Assembly: GCA_902373635.1 (NCBI GenBank)
Contig: CABKMV010000007.1
Location: 2,020 to 66,019 of the forward strand
From: an uncultured Oscillospiraceae bacterium
GTDB taxonomy: Bacteria > Bacillota > Clostridia > Oscillospirales > Oscillospiraceae
DNA length: 64,000 nt
Direction: 5' to 3'
The number at the start of each line of letters is the position of its first letter. The first letter of the stretch is position 1. The notes beneath the pieces were generated by a model. That model had not been told where the DNA came from. It did not search any database and was given only the letters and a program-made list of their open reading frames with translations. This document shows, one piece after another, positions 8,445 through 17,406 of this stretch. The position numbers and the translations under genes are program-made.

Positions 8445-9338
8445 ATGGTGTATCGCTTGCGCAGAAATGAATTTTTACCAGAGGGCGTGTGCCCTCTCTT
8501 CCCGGAGCATCAACCGCTCTCCGCCCTCCGGGAGGCCATGGAGGATCAGCGTGTCCTCTGCGGCACCGCTGTCCGGTGTGACAGCCAGCGGGATCTCCAC
8601 GTCCGCTTTGGCGGCTATGAGGGCATCATCCCTCGTTGCGACGCCGTCCATCCGTCTGTCAGCGGAGCTGAACGCGATATCGCAGTTCTCTCAAGGGTTG
8701 GAAAGCCTGTTTGCTTTACGGTCAACAGCATATCTGTGGACGGCGGCGGCAAACCCAGGCTGACACTGTCCCGCCGGTCAGCTCAGGAGCAGGCCATCGC
8801 CTGGCTGCTGGAAAACGCCGGCCCCGGTAGGGTGCTCCCCGCCAGGGTCACACATCTGGCCGACTTCGGCGCCTTTGTGGATCTGGGGTGCGGCGTCATA
8901 TCCCTTATTCCCCTGGAAAACCTCTCCGTGTCCCGCATCAGCCACCCCTCTGACAGGCTCCGGGTGGAACAGGATATCTTAGCCGCAGTGACTGCCGTGG
9001 ACCGGGAAAACAGCCGGTTCTATCTCAGCCAGAAGGAGCTTCTGGGGACCTGGCTGGAGAATGCCGCCGGCTTTGCCCCGGGAGACACCGTTACCGGCAC
9101 TGTCCGCAGCATCCGGGAATACGGCGTATTCGTGGAGCTGACCCCCAACCTGTCGGGCCTGGCGGACTGGAAGAGCGGCCTGCTTCCCGGAGATGCGGTT
9201 TCCGTATACATCAAATCCATCCGCCCGGACAGCCGCAAAATCAAGCTGCAGATCATCCAGGATCTAGGCCCCGCCGCGGTCCCAAAGGAGCTCCACTATT
9301 TCATCACCGACGGCACAGTGGAGGGCTGGACCTACTGA
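8445..9338 (+). CDS. S1 RNA-binding domain protein
   Basis: Repeated S1-like segments (ARVTHLADFGAFVDLG..., GTVRSIREYGVFVELTP...). The start at 8445 (alternative 8424) is chosen because the track ORF start at 8181 lies antisense inside the DUF951 gene. Confidence 0.7.
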   Translation: MVYRLRRNEFLPEGVCPLFPEHQPLSALREAMEDQRVLCGTAVRCDSQRDLHVRFGGYEGIIPRCDAVHPSVSGAERDIAVLSRVGKPVCFTVNSISVDGGGKPRLTLSRRSAQEQAIAWLLENAGPGRVLPARVTHLADFGAFVDLGCGVISLIPLENLSVSRISHPSDRLRVEQDILAAVTAVDRENSRFYLSQKELLGTWLENAAGFAPGDTVTGTVRSIREYGVFVELTPNLSGLADWKSGLLPGDAVSVYIKSIRPDSRKIKLQIIQDLGPAAVPKELHYFITDGTVEGWTY

Positions 9339-10597
9339 TCGCCCTTGATCTTCTCCCAATACGCCTTTGCCGCCTGTTCGGTCTTGTTGTCGCCGTATTG
9401 GTAGTAAGTTGTTCCCACCAGCTCATCCGGCAGGTACTGCTGTCTGACCCAGTGGCCTGGGTAGCTATGGGGATAGAGATAGTTCTGCGCCCTCTCCTGG
9501 CCGGTGGTATCCGCATGGACATTTTGCAGTTCCCGGGGAATACCGCCTGTCCTCCCCGCTTTCACATCCGCCCAGGCTGCGCCGATAGCGCTGACCACGC
9601 TGTTGGATTTGGGCGCGGTTGCCAGTAGGATGGCGGCCTGGGCCAGGGGCAGCTGCGCCTCCGGCAGCCCCAGCTGCATGGCAGTATCCACGCAGGATTT
9701 TACAATAGAGACAGCCTGGGGATATGCCATACCCACGTCCTCACTGGCAGAGCACAGCAGCCGCCGGCATGGTGTGATGAGATCCCCCGCCTCCAGGAAG
9801 CGGGCCAGGTAGTGGAGCGCCGCGTCGGGGTCGCTGCCCCGCAGGGACTTCATCAGGGCGGAAGCCATGTCGTACATAGCGTCTCCCCCCTTGTCATAGC
9901 GCATGGCGCTGCGCTGGGCCACCTGCTGGGCGTCGGCCACGGTGATCAGGAGCTCCCCCTTGACCGGGACAGCCGACTCGTAGAGCAGCTCCACCGCGTT
10001 CATCGCCTTGCGCACATCCCCGCCGCAGGCGTGGGCGATGTGATCCGGGACCCCCTCCTCCCACTTGAGGGGAAGCTGGCTCTCCTTCGCAACGATCCCC
10101 AGCGCCCGCTCCACCGCCGGGAGCACGTCCGATGCGGTGACGGGTTTGAACTCAAAGACCGTGCTACGGCTCAAAAGGGCGGCGTAGACATAGAAATAGG
10201 GGTTCTCCGTGGTGGAGGCGATAAGGGTGATGGAGCCGTTTTCCATGAACTCCAGCAGGGACTGCTGCTGCTTTTTATTGAAATACTGGATCTCATCCAG
10301 ATAGAGCAGCACGCCGCCCGGGGCCATCATAGTACCCACGTCCGCCATGATATCCTTGATATCCTGGAGGGACGCCGTTGTGGCGTTGAGCTTATAGAGG
10401 GTGCGGTGGGTCCGCTTGGCGATGATGTTGGCAATGGTGGTCTTTCCCGTGCCGGAGGGGCCATAGAACACCATGTTGGCGTCGGTCCCCTTCTCAATGA
10501 AGCGGCGCAGCAGAGCGTCGGGGCCCAGCAGGTGGCGCTGGCCCACCACCTCGTCGATGGTCTGGGGCCTGATCCTGTCTGCCAGAGGGCGGTCCAT
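9332..10597 (-). CDS. rarA: replication-associated recombination protein A (AAA+ ATPase)
   Basis: 421 aa. RPQTIDEVVGQ.HLLG, Walker A GPSGTGKTT, and a MgsA C-terminal region. Confidence 0.9.
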   Translation of the reverse strand: MDRPLADRIRPQTIDEVVGQRHLLGPDALLRRFIEKGTDANMVFYGPSGTGKTTIANIIAKRTHRTLYKLNATTASLQDIKDIMADVGTMMAPGGVLLYLDEIQYFNKKQQQSLLEFMENGSITLIASTTENPYFYVYAALLSRSTVFEFKPVTASDVLPAVERALGIVAKESQLPLKWEEGVPDHIAHACGGDVRKAMNAVELLYESAVPVKGELLITVADAQQVAQRSAMRYDKGGDAMYDMASALMKSLRGSDPDAALHYLARFLEAGDLITPCRRLLCSASEDVGMAYPQAVSIVKSCVDTAMQLGLPEAQLPLAQAAILLATAPKSNSVVSAIGAAWADVKAGRTGGIPRELQNVHADTTGQERAQNYLYPHSYPGHWVRQQYLPDELVGTTYYQYGDNKTEQAAKAYWEKIKGDQ

Positions 10598-10640
10598 AAC
10601 TTCCCACTCCCTTCCTTTGTCGTTTTTGGGGGAAGGCGGA

Positions 10641-11105
10641 TCAGTCGCACTTCTCCGCGTCGATGGCTAATACCACCATCAGCGCGCACAGCACATTGGC
10701 CTGGTCCGGCACGTCAATGACGTAGGTATCCGTCCAGTTGAACAGCTCCTTGCTGATGGTGGCCACAAGGCCCTGGGTGGGGCTGGTGATCGCATAATTC
10801 CACGCCGTCCAGTCCCCCTCCACCTGCCAATCGCTGCAGTCGATGGTGAACTTGGGCGCAAAAAAAGTAAACTCTTTTTTCAGGCAGCCCAGGTACTCCC
10901 CATAGGCGTACAGCTCAAATTGGGGAAGGAACGTCATCACCTTCTCCTGGACCGTGCCGATATGCTCCCCGGCAGCGTTCAGGATATGCAGGCAGTGGCC
11001 CCAGCTGAGTTTTCCCTCCACGGTAAAAACAGTGCTGCCCGCCTCATCGTAGATATCGTAGCTGTCAAACCAGGAAAAGAAGCGCTGCTTGAACAATAGT
11101 TTCAC
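10641..11105 (-). CDS. LURP-one-related / DUF567 (tubby C-terminal-like fold) protein
   Basis: 154 aa. The N-terminus MKLLFKQRFFSWFDSYDIYDEAG is typical of the bacterial LURP-one-related family. Confidence 0.65.
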   Translation of the reverse strand: MKLLFKQRFFSWFDSYDIYDEAGSTVFTVEGKLSWGHCLHILNAAGEHIGTVQEKVMTFLPQFELYAYGEYLGCLKKEFTFFAPKFTIDCSDWQVEGDWTAWNYAITSPTQGLVATISKELFNWTDTYVIDVPDQANVLCALMVVLAIDAEKCD

Positions 11106-11233
11106 GGTAGTATGCCTCCTGTGCCGCCTATCGGCGGCGTGCTATACATCATACCACATTTTTTTCCCTTTGCACAGATATTTTTCTCGAAATTCGTCGA
11201 AGAATATGATACGATAGGCGCTGAGGTGATATC

Positions 11234-11884
11234 ATGAAAGACCAAGCGTCTATCCAGGCCATTATTGAGGAACTGAAAAACCTGTATCCGGAGGCGGAGT
11301 GCTCCCTGGCGTATGATCCGGAGAAGGCTTATGAGCTGCTGTTCTCCGTCCGGCTGGCGGCACAGTGTACCGACGCCCGTGTCAACCTGGTGACGCCGGT
11401 GCTGTACGCCAAATTTCCCACCCTGGAAGCACTGGCCTCCGCCACCGAGGAGGAAGTGGGAGAAATCATCCATTCCACGGGCTTCTGGCGGGCCAAGGCG
11501 CGGGATATCGTGGCCGCCAGCAAAATGCTTCTGGCGGAGTATGGCGGCAGGGTCCCCGACACGATGGAGGACCTGCTGCGGCTGCCCGGCGTGGGCCGCA
11601 AGACCGCCAATCTGATCCTGGGCGATGTGTACGGCAAGGAGGGCTATGTCTGCGACACCCACTGCATCCGCATCACGGGCCTGCTGGGTATCACCGACGG
11701 CAGCAAGGACCCGCTGAAGGTAGAACAGCAGCTGCGCCAGTGCATCCCACCGGAGGAGAGCAACAATTTCTGCCACCGCATGGTGCTCCACGGCCGTGCA
11801 GTATGTGTGGCCAGGCGCCCGGATTGTGAAAACTGTACCCTTCGGCTCTGGTGCGACCACGGCGGGGCCGCGCAGAAAGTCTGA
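11234..11884 (+). CDS. nth: endonuclease III
   Basis: 216 aa. HhH-GPD (LPGVGRKTANLIL) plus a C-terminal 4Fe-4S cluster loop (C..RRPDCENCTL...C). Confidence 0.9.
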   Translation: MKDQASIQAIIEELKNLYPEAECSLAYDPEKAYELLFSVRLAAQCTDARVNLVTPVLYAKFPTLEALASATEEEVGEIIHSTGFWRAKARDIVAASKMLLAEYGGRVPDTMEDLLRLPGVGRKTANLILGDVYGKEGYVCDTHCIRITGLLGITDGSKDPLKVEQQLRQCIPPEESNNFCHRMVLHGRAVCVARRPDCENCTLRLWCDHGGAAQKV

Positions 11885-11897
11885 CCTCTCCCGTATT

Positions 11898-11937
11898 CGT
11901 TCCCCCATCGGCCGGCCGGATGGGGGAACATTTTTTT
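11898..11937 (+). terminator. intrinsic terminator after nth
   Basis: GTTCCCCCATC...GATGGGGGAAC followed by ATTTTTTT. Confidence 0.8.
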
Positions 11938-11983
11938 CTCCCGCCTCATATACTGGAGAGACAACGATGCGGGAGGCTACACC

Positions 11984-12244
11984 ATGAAACAGTCAAACCA
12001 ACCCAATCTACAGCAGCTGCTGGGCAACAAGAAGGCCCTTCAGCAGGTGGCCCAGTCCCCGGACGCCCAGGCCCTGGCCAGTATGCTGACGAAAGGGCAG
12101 GACCAGGCGTCCCTGCAGAAGATAGCCGAGGAGGCTGCCAAAGGGAACACGGCCCAGCTCAGTCAGCTGGTCCAGTCCATCACCAGCAGCCCTGGCGGCG
12201 CCGAGCTGCTGCGGCGGCTCAGCCAGTCCATCGAAGGGAAATAA
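11984..12244 (+). CDS. hypothetical small Gln/Ala-rich protein
   Basis: 86-aa ORF with GGGAGG SD 7 nt upstream. First gene of a three-gene small-protein operon. Confidence 0.5.
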   Translation: MKQSNQPNLQQLLGNKKALQQVAQSPDAQALASMLTKGQDQASLQKIAEEAAKGNTAQLSQLVQSITSSPGGAELLRRLSQSIEGK

Positions 12245-12274
12245 GTCCATGCGCCGGGAGAGGAGGGATCGGCA

Positions 12275-12721
12275 TTGAGTGAGTTTGAAGAAAAACTGAA
12301 TGCCATTCTGTCCAACCCGGACGCCATGGCGCAGGTGGCAAGCCTGGCCCAATCCCTTAACCTGGGCGGCTCCTCGGGAGACGGCGGCAGCAGGCAGCCA
12401 CAGGGCGGGGAAAGTCCGGCGCCCCCCTCTCCCCCGCCGCCCTCCGGCGTGCAGAGCGGTCTGCCGGGAGGGCTGGGCGCTCTCTCCGGCCTTGGAGACC
12501 TGCTTGGGCAGATCGATCCAAAAACGATCCAGAGGCTCCTTCCCCTGGTAAGCGAACTGACCAACAACAGCGCCTCCGACCAGCGCATGCAGCTGCTGTA
12601 TGCGCTGCAGCCTTTCCTCAAGCCGGAACGCCGGGACAAGGTGGAGCGGGCCGCAAAAGCGGCAAAGCTCCTCCATGTGGGAAAAAAGCTATTGACAACC
12701 ATGGGTGATCCCAATGTATAA
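12275..12721 (+). CDS. hypothetical protein with Gly/Pro/Ser-rich linker
   Basis: 148 aa. TTG start 8-9 nt after GGGAGAGGAGGG. No family recognised. Confidence 0.5.
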   Translation: MSEFEEKLNAILSNPDAMAQVASLAQSLNLGGSSGDGGSRQPQGGESPAPPSPPPPSGVQSGLPGGLGALSGLGDLLGQIDPKTIQRLLPLVSELTNNSASDQRMQLLYALQPFLKPERRDKVERAAKAAKLLHVGKKLLTTMGDPNV

Positions 12722-13100
12722 CCGCTATATTCGCAACGATGCCGGCGTATACCAGCGCATTCCTGTCCAGGAGGACCCGCCGCCCTCCGGCGGGTCCTCC
12801 CGTACAGATGAGGGGCCCCGGCAGCAGGCATATGAGCAGACGTATTGGGAAGCGCCCCCCCAGGGAGATCCCCAGCAGAGTAATACCCGGCAGGAAAGTT
12901 CCGGTTGGGAGGGATTCGGCCCCTTCGCGCCTCCAAGAGGCGGCGACAAAAAGGGCTTTCTCTCCGGCCTGCTGGGAAAGCTGAAGCTGGACGAGATCGA
13001 CACCGGCGACCTCCTGCTCCTGGTGATCCTCTTCCTTCTGTTTAAAGACGGCGAGGACGAGGAGCTGCTCATCGCCCTGGGGCTGCTGCTGATCCTCTGA
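12714..13100 (+). CDS. hypothetical protein with C-terminal hydrophobic/acidic tail
   Basis: The ATG at 12714 (MYNRYIRNDAGVYQRIP...) overlaps the upstream stop by 8 nt. C-terminal segment DTGDLLLLVILFLLFKDGEDEELLIALGLLLIL. Confidence 0.5.
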   Translation: MYNRYIRNDAGVYQRIPVQEDPPPSGGSSRTDEGPRQQAYEQTYWEAPPQGDPQQSNTRQESSGWEGFGPFAPPRGGDKKGFLSGLLGKLKLDEIDTGDLLLLVILFLLFKDGEDEELLIALGLLLIL

Positions 13101-13174
13101 GGCTTCCCTGCCGATATGGCTCCAGGCTGTTAACAGCCCGAGTCGCGGAATGAAACATGCCCAAGCGACCACAA

Positions 13175-13220
13175 CATGGGAGAAAGAGGCACCCCGTGCA
13201 GGCAGCGTCCTGCCGGGGAG
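13175..13220 (+). terminator. intrinsic terminator after the small-protein operon
   Basis: AGAGGCACCCCG...CGGGGAGCCTCT followed by TTTTTT. Confidence 0.7.
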
Positions 13221-13342
13221 CCTCTTTTTTCATAAAATGTGGCAAGCTGTTTCCATGTATTTACAGTTTTTCGCAAGTTTTTCGTGGGATTCTGCGCTGT
13301 TTCGTGTACAATAAAATATAGGAGTAAAAAGGGGGTGGCAGC

Positions 13343-13885
13343 GTGCTGGAACAGGAAATCATTGGATTGATCCAACAGCGGGACGAAAAAGGCGCCGAAG
13401 CGCTTCTCAAGCACTATGGTCCTCTGATGCGCTACATCATTGCCCCCATTCTGCCTGATCCGCAGGACCAGGCAGAATGCCTGTCCGAGGTCGCCATGCG
13501 GGTCTGGGACAGGATCGATCTGTTCGACCGGGAGCGCGGGAACTGGCGCGCCTGGCTGACTGCGATCACCCGAAACACCGCACTGAACATGGCACGGAAG
13601 AGCAAAAGCATTGATATGGCGGGAGACATCCCGCCACAGCTCCCCTCGTCGGAGCCGACGCCGGAGGAAGCAGTCCTGGAGATGGAGCGGCGGGAAGCGG
13701 TCAAGGGGGCCTTGGAGCAGTTGTCCCCAAAGGATCTGGTCCTGTTCTATCGGAAATACTACTATCTGCAATCCACCGCCCAGATCGCCTCCGAGTTCAG
13801 CATGACGGAACGGGCAGTGGAGGGAAAGCTGTACCGCCTGAAAAAGCAGCTGCGCAATATACTGGGAGGTGAGGGACATGCGTGA
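13343..13885 (+). CDS. RNA polymerase sigma factor, ECF/sigma-70 group 4
   Basis: 180 aa, GTG start after AAAGGGGGTGG. Region 2 (W.AWLTAITRNTALN) and region 4 (YYYLQSTAQIASEFSMTERAVEGKLYRLKKQL). Confidence 0.85.
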   Translation: MLEQEIIGLIQQRDEKGAEALLKHYGPLMRYIIAPILPDPQDQAECLSEVAMRVWDRIDLFDRERGNWRAWLTAITRNTALNMARKSKSIDMAGDIPPQLPSSEPTPEEAVLEMERREAVKGALEQLSPKDLVLFYRKYYYLQSTAQIASEFSMTERAVEGKLYRLKKQLRNILGGEGHA

Positions 13886-15380
13886 CCAGGAATGGGCCTC
13901 CATGCAGGAAACGGACTTTGATTCCATGCTTGTACACAGCGTGCCGGAGCTGCCGCCCAACGACATAGTGACAGAAGTGACGCCCTGGCGGAAGGCCATG
14001 GATCAGATCCTTGTCGGCATGGCCCTGGCCACTGTGATGTTCGACTTCTGGGGCCTGAACTACATTCTGCCCACGATCGGCCTTCTCCTCTGCCTGCTGG
14101 GGTTCCGAACGCTCCGCAATGAGAGCGTCTGGCTGAAGCTGTGCTGGATCCTCTCCGCAGCGCGGATGGCCTGTCACCTGGTTTCCCTGATCCTGAACGC
14201 AGTCATCTTTCCGGACGCCGCGCTTTTTTCGCAGGTGACAAGCGTCCTGATCTCTGTGGGCCAGCCGCTGCTGTTTCTGTTGCTGCTCGCCTTCTGGAAG
14301 GGCCTCAGCGTCATACAGCAGAAGACCGTCCTGCCCTCCCGGGGCGGCAGCGCGGCCGCCCTGATCCTCTGGTACGCAGTTCTCTGGCTGCTCTTCCTGC
14401 TTCAGGTCGGCATAATCCCTCTCGTGCTCATCATGATCGCCGTCTATGCCCTGATCCTCCGCAGCCTCTTCCGGTTGTCCAGGGTCCTTGATGAATCCGG
14501 ATATACGATCCGGGCAGCCTCCGTGCGGGTTTCGGACCGGACTGTTGTGATTGCGGTTCTTGCTGTCCTCGCCGCTGGAATCGCCTGCGGCTATCTGTTC
14601 TTCCACAGCTACCCCATGGACTGGACGCCCGAGGAGGTGTCGGACAGCGCGGAAGCTGGAGAGATCAGAGAGCAGCTTCTTGCCCTGGACTTCCCCGCCG
14701 CAGTATTGGAGGATCTGTCGGAGGAGGACCTGGCTGCCTGCAAAGGCGCCCTGCGCGTAGTGTCTGCCGCAGAGGACTTTGCGGCGGATAGCCTGGATAG
14801 TCCAAGGGAGATCCAACGCATCACCGGCATCGCCCCGGAGGAGGTCAAAGGGTTCCATATCACCAGCGTTGCTGTGGAGCTTCCCGGAGAGCAGGAGCAG
14901 TGGAAGATCATCCACCACTTTCTCTGGACAGTTGATCCAGGATTTTATGGGACGGAGGCCATCCAGCTCTGGCCGGCCTACCGTTTTGAGAAGCTCTGGC
15001 GTGCCGCCGGTGATCTCAGCGGCCGTCTGCTCTATGACAGGGACGGGCAGCGCTATACCGCCCCTTACTATCTGCTGGAAGAAAACCCCTATGCCGCTTT
15101 CAGCTTCTTTGGGGACGCACAGACCTCCCCCTATGTGTTCGCGGCCTTCTCCATGCCAAGCAGGGGCGAAAACCACCGCGGCTATTTGTCCTATATCATT
15201 CAGGAAGTGCAGGATAGCTGGACTATCGACACCTGGATTGAATACACCCACCAGAGAGGCTGGGCACAGTACCCCGTCACAACCGCTTTGGAGTTCCAGA
15301 TGTCCGGCTGGGGCTCCTCCCCTGTGTTCCGGACAGTCAGCGGCGCCCTGCAATTCGATCCAAACGCCCAAAACAAATGA
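13878..15380 (+). CDS. polytopic membrane protein, putative anti-sigma factor partner
   Basis: ATG after GGGAGGTGAGGG, overlapping the sigma gene stop by 8 nt. It has a short cytoplasmic N-terminus, about 6 hydrophobic segments and a soluble C-terminal domain of ~260 aa. The role is inferred from position only. Confidence 0.55.
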   Translation: MRDQEWASMQETDFDSMLVHSVPELPPNDIVTEVTPWRKAMDQILVGMALATVMFDFWGLNYILPTIGLLLCLLGFRTLRNESVWLKLCWILSAARMACHLVSLILNAVIFPDAALFSQVTSVLISVGQPLLFLLLLAFWKGLSVIQQKTVLPSRGGSAAALILWYAVLWLLFLLQVGIIPLVLIMIAVYALILRSLFRLSRVLDESGYTIRAASVRVSDRTVVIAVLAVLAAGIACGYLFFHSYPMDWTPEEVSDSAEAGEIREQLLALDFPAAVLEDLSEEDLAACKGALRVVSAAEDFAADSLDSPREIQRITGIAPEEVKGFHITSVAVELPGEQEQWKIIHHFLWTVDPGFYGTEAIQLWPAYRFEKLWRAAGDLSGRLLYDRDGQRYTAPYYLLEENPYAAFSFFGDAQTSPYVFAAFSMPSRGENHRGYLSYIIQEVQDSWTIDTWIEYTHQRGWAQYPVTTALEFQMSGWGSSPVFRTVSGALQFDPNAQNK

Positions 15381-15390
15381 GGAAAGTCTG

Positions 15391-15436
15391 AAAAGCCCCG
15401 ATGTACCAGGATTTCTACCTGTACATCGGGGCTTTT
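15391..15436. terminator. bidirectional terminator between convergent operons
   Basis: AAAAGCCCCGATGTAC...GTACATCGGGGCTTTT. Confidence 0.8.
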
Positions 15437-15437
15437 C

Positions 15438-16184
15438 TCATGTTCCGCTTCCCAGGGCCTGGTTGAGTAAGACCATTGCAGGCAGCTGGAAAAGCTCCTC
15501 TTCCGGAGGTGTCCCCTCCGGCTCAGAGCTGGTAAAGCGATAGACCAGCTCACCGCCGCATCGGCGCTCCGCCTTCAACAGCAGGCCGCTGGACACGCTG
15601 ACCCAGTAGCTGTCGGCATAGCCGTCCTCGTCCTCTTGGGTGGCGACATAGATGCAGTAGACGCCGTCCTCCTCCCGGTAGTCCGCCTGGGCGATATCCT
15701 CCACAGGCAGGCTCAGGACCGTCTCATAGGACAGCATCCTCTGGGCAATATCGGCGGTAAATTTCTCGGCCTGGAGAACCGTAGGCGAGGAGGCATCGTC
15801 ATCGTACCACACAGCGGCGGCGGCGCCGGTGACAAGCATATGGTAGGTGCTGCCGTCCGGCATGGCGGTGTCAATCCTGGTATAGCTCCCGCTGACAGCC
15901 ACCTGGGACACAGACTTTCCGCTTCCGCCGCTCCAGAAGGTCTCCACCGTCTGAGTCCTCTGATAGGCCACCGGACGCGAGAGGGTGTTGATGGCGGGGC
16001 GGACCGTCTCCGGCGTAATGCGGATCTCGTTCAAACCGCTCTGCCCGCTCTCCTCCCCTGTGGCTCCCGTATCGGCGGGCGTCTCCGGCAGGGCGATGCC
16101 GCCGCTCCGCCGGGGACCCCCCTGGGCCAGCAGCAAAACCACAACCACCAAGAGAACACACAATCCAACGCTGAAGTAGGTCAT
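15438..16184 (-). CDS. membrane-anchored hypothetical protein
   Basis: 248 aa. N-terminal TM anchor (VGLCVLLVVVVLLLA) followed by a soluble domain. Last gene of the trpS / cell-wall operon. Confidence 0.55.
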   Translation of the reverse strand: MTYFSVGLCVLLVVVVLLLAQGGPRRSGGIALPETPADTGATGEESGQSGLNEIRITPETVRPAINTLSRPVAYQRTQTVETFWSGGSGKSVSQVAVSGSYTRIDTAMPDGSTYHMLVTGAAAAVWYDDDASSPTVLQAEKFTADIAQRMLSYETVLSLPVEDIAQADYREEDGVYCIYVATQEDEDGYADSYWVSVSSGLLLKAERRCGGELVYRFTSSEPEGTPPEEELFQLPAMVLLNQALGSGT

Positions 16185-16260
16185 CCTGCTATTTTTATTC
16201 AGAGAGCAGCACCTCCCCTCTGCCAGTGGGCTTACCTCAAATTACCGACCGTTCCAGCGC

Positions 16261-17406
16261 TCACGAGCAAAAATCCTCCGGGCGCTCCCCCCTGCCGAAA
16301 TGCCACAAGATCGCGTCCGCGATCCGGCGGCAGGCCTCGCCGTCCCCGTAGGGGTTCACAGCGTGGGCCATGGCGGCGTAGGCCGCGCTGTCGTCAATGA
16401 GCTCGTCCGCCATGCGGACGATATCGCCGCGGGCCACACCCGCCAGCTTCACCGTGCCGGCGCGGACGGCCTCGGGCCGCTCCGTCTCCCGGCGCAGCAC
16501 CAGCACAGGCTTGCCCAGGGCAGGCGCCTCCTCCTGGAGCCCGCCGGAGTCGGTCAGCACCAGGTAGCACCGGGCCATGAGATTGTGCATCTCGTCGGCG
16601 GCCAGGGGGGGGATCAGGTGGACGTTCCCGATCCCGTCCAGATGGCGGTGGGCGCACTCCTGGACCACAGGGCTGAGGTGGACGGGATAGACCAGTTCCA
16701 CATCCCCATGGGTCCCGGCAATCTCTGCCAGTGCCGACATAATGTCCTCCATGCTCTGGCCATAGTTCTCCCTGCGGTGGCAGGTCACAAGAAGGATCTT
16801 TTTGCTGTCATAAGGCAGTGCGTTCAGCTCCTCAGTTGTAAAGGTATAATCCTTGCGCACTGTTGTTTTCAGGGCGTCGATAACCGTATTCCCTGTGACG
16901 AACACGCCCTCTGTCACGCCCTCCCTGCGCAGATTCTCCCGGTTATTCTCCGTGGGGCAGAAATAGAGGTCCGCAATGGCGGTAACAAGCTTGCGGTTCA
17001 TCTCCTCCGGATAGGGGGAGTATTTGTCATAGGTCCGAAGCCCTGCCTCCACATGGCCAACAGGGACCTTGTGATAGAAGGCGGAGAGGGCCCCGGCAAA
17101 AGTGGTGGAGGTGTCCCCGTGGACCAGGATCATGTTGGGCTTTAAGGCGTCAATAGCCTCGTCCATACCGGTGAGGCACTTGCTGGTGATTGTGGAGAGG
17201 GTCTGCCGGGGCGTCATGATGTCCAGATCCCAGTCGGGCTTCAGGTCAAATACCTCCAGCACGCTGTCCAGCATCTCCCGGTGCTGGGCGGTGACGCAGC
17301 AGATGGATTCGATCTCGGCCCGGCCGGCCAGTTCCTTGACCAAAGGCGCCATTTTGATGGCCTCCGGCCGGGTGCCGAACACGCTCATAATACGCAGCTT
17401 TTCCAT
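16261..17406 (-). CDS. mnaA: UDP-N-acetylglucosamine 2-epimerase (non-hydrolysing)
   Basis: 381 aa. FGTRPEAIKMAPL, HVEAGLRT and DSGG.QEEAP motifs. Confidence 0.9.
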   Translation of the reverse strand: MEKLRIMSVFGTRPEAIKMAPLVKELAGRAEIESICCVTAQHREMLDSVLEVFDLKPDWDLDIMTPRQTLSTITSKCLTGMDEAIDALKPNMILVHGDTSTTFAGALSAFYHKVPVGHVEAGLRTYDKYSPYPEEMNRKLVTAIADLYFCPTENNRENLRREGVTEGVFVTGNTVIDALKTTVRKDYTFTTEELNALPYDSKKILLVTCHRRENYGQSMEDIMSALAEIAGTHGDVELVYPVHLSPVVQECAHRHLDGIGNVHLIPPLAADEMHNLMARCYLVLTDSGGLQEEAPALGKPVLVLRRETERPEAVRAGTVKLAGVARGDIVRMADELIDDSAAYAAMAHAVNPYGDGEACRRIADAILWHFGRGERPEDFCS

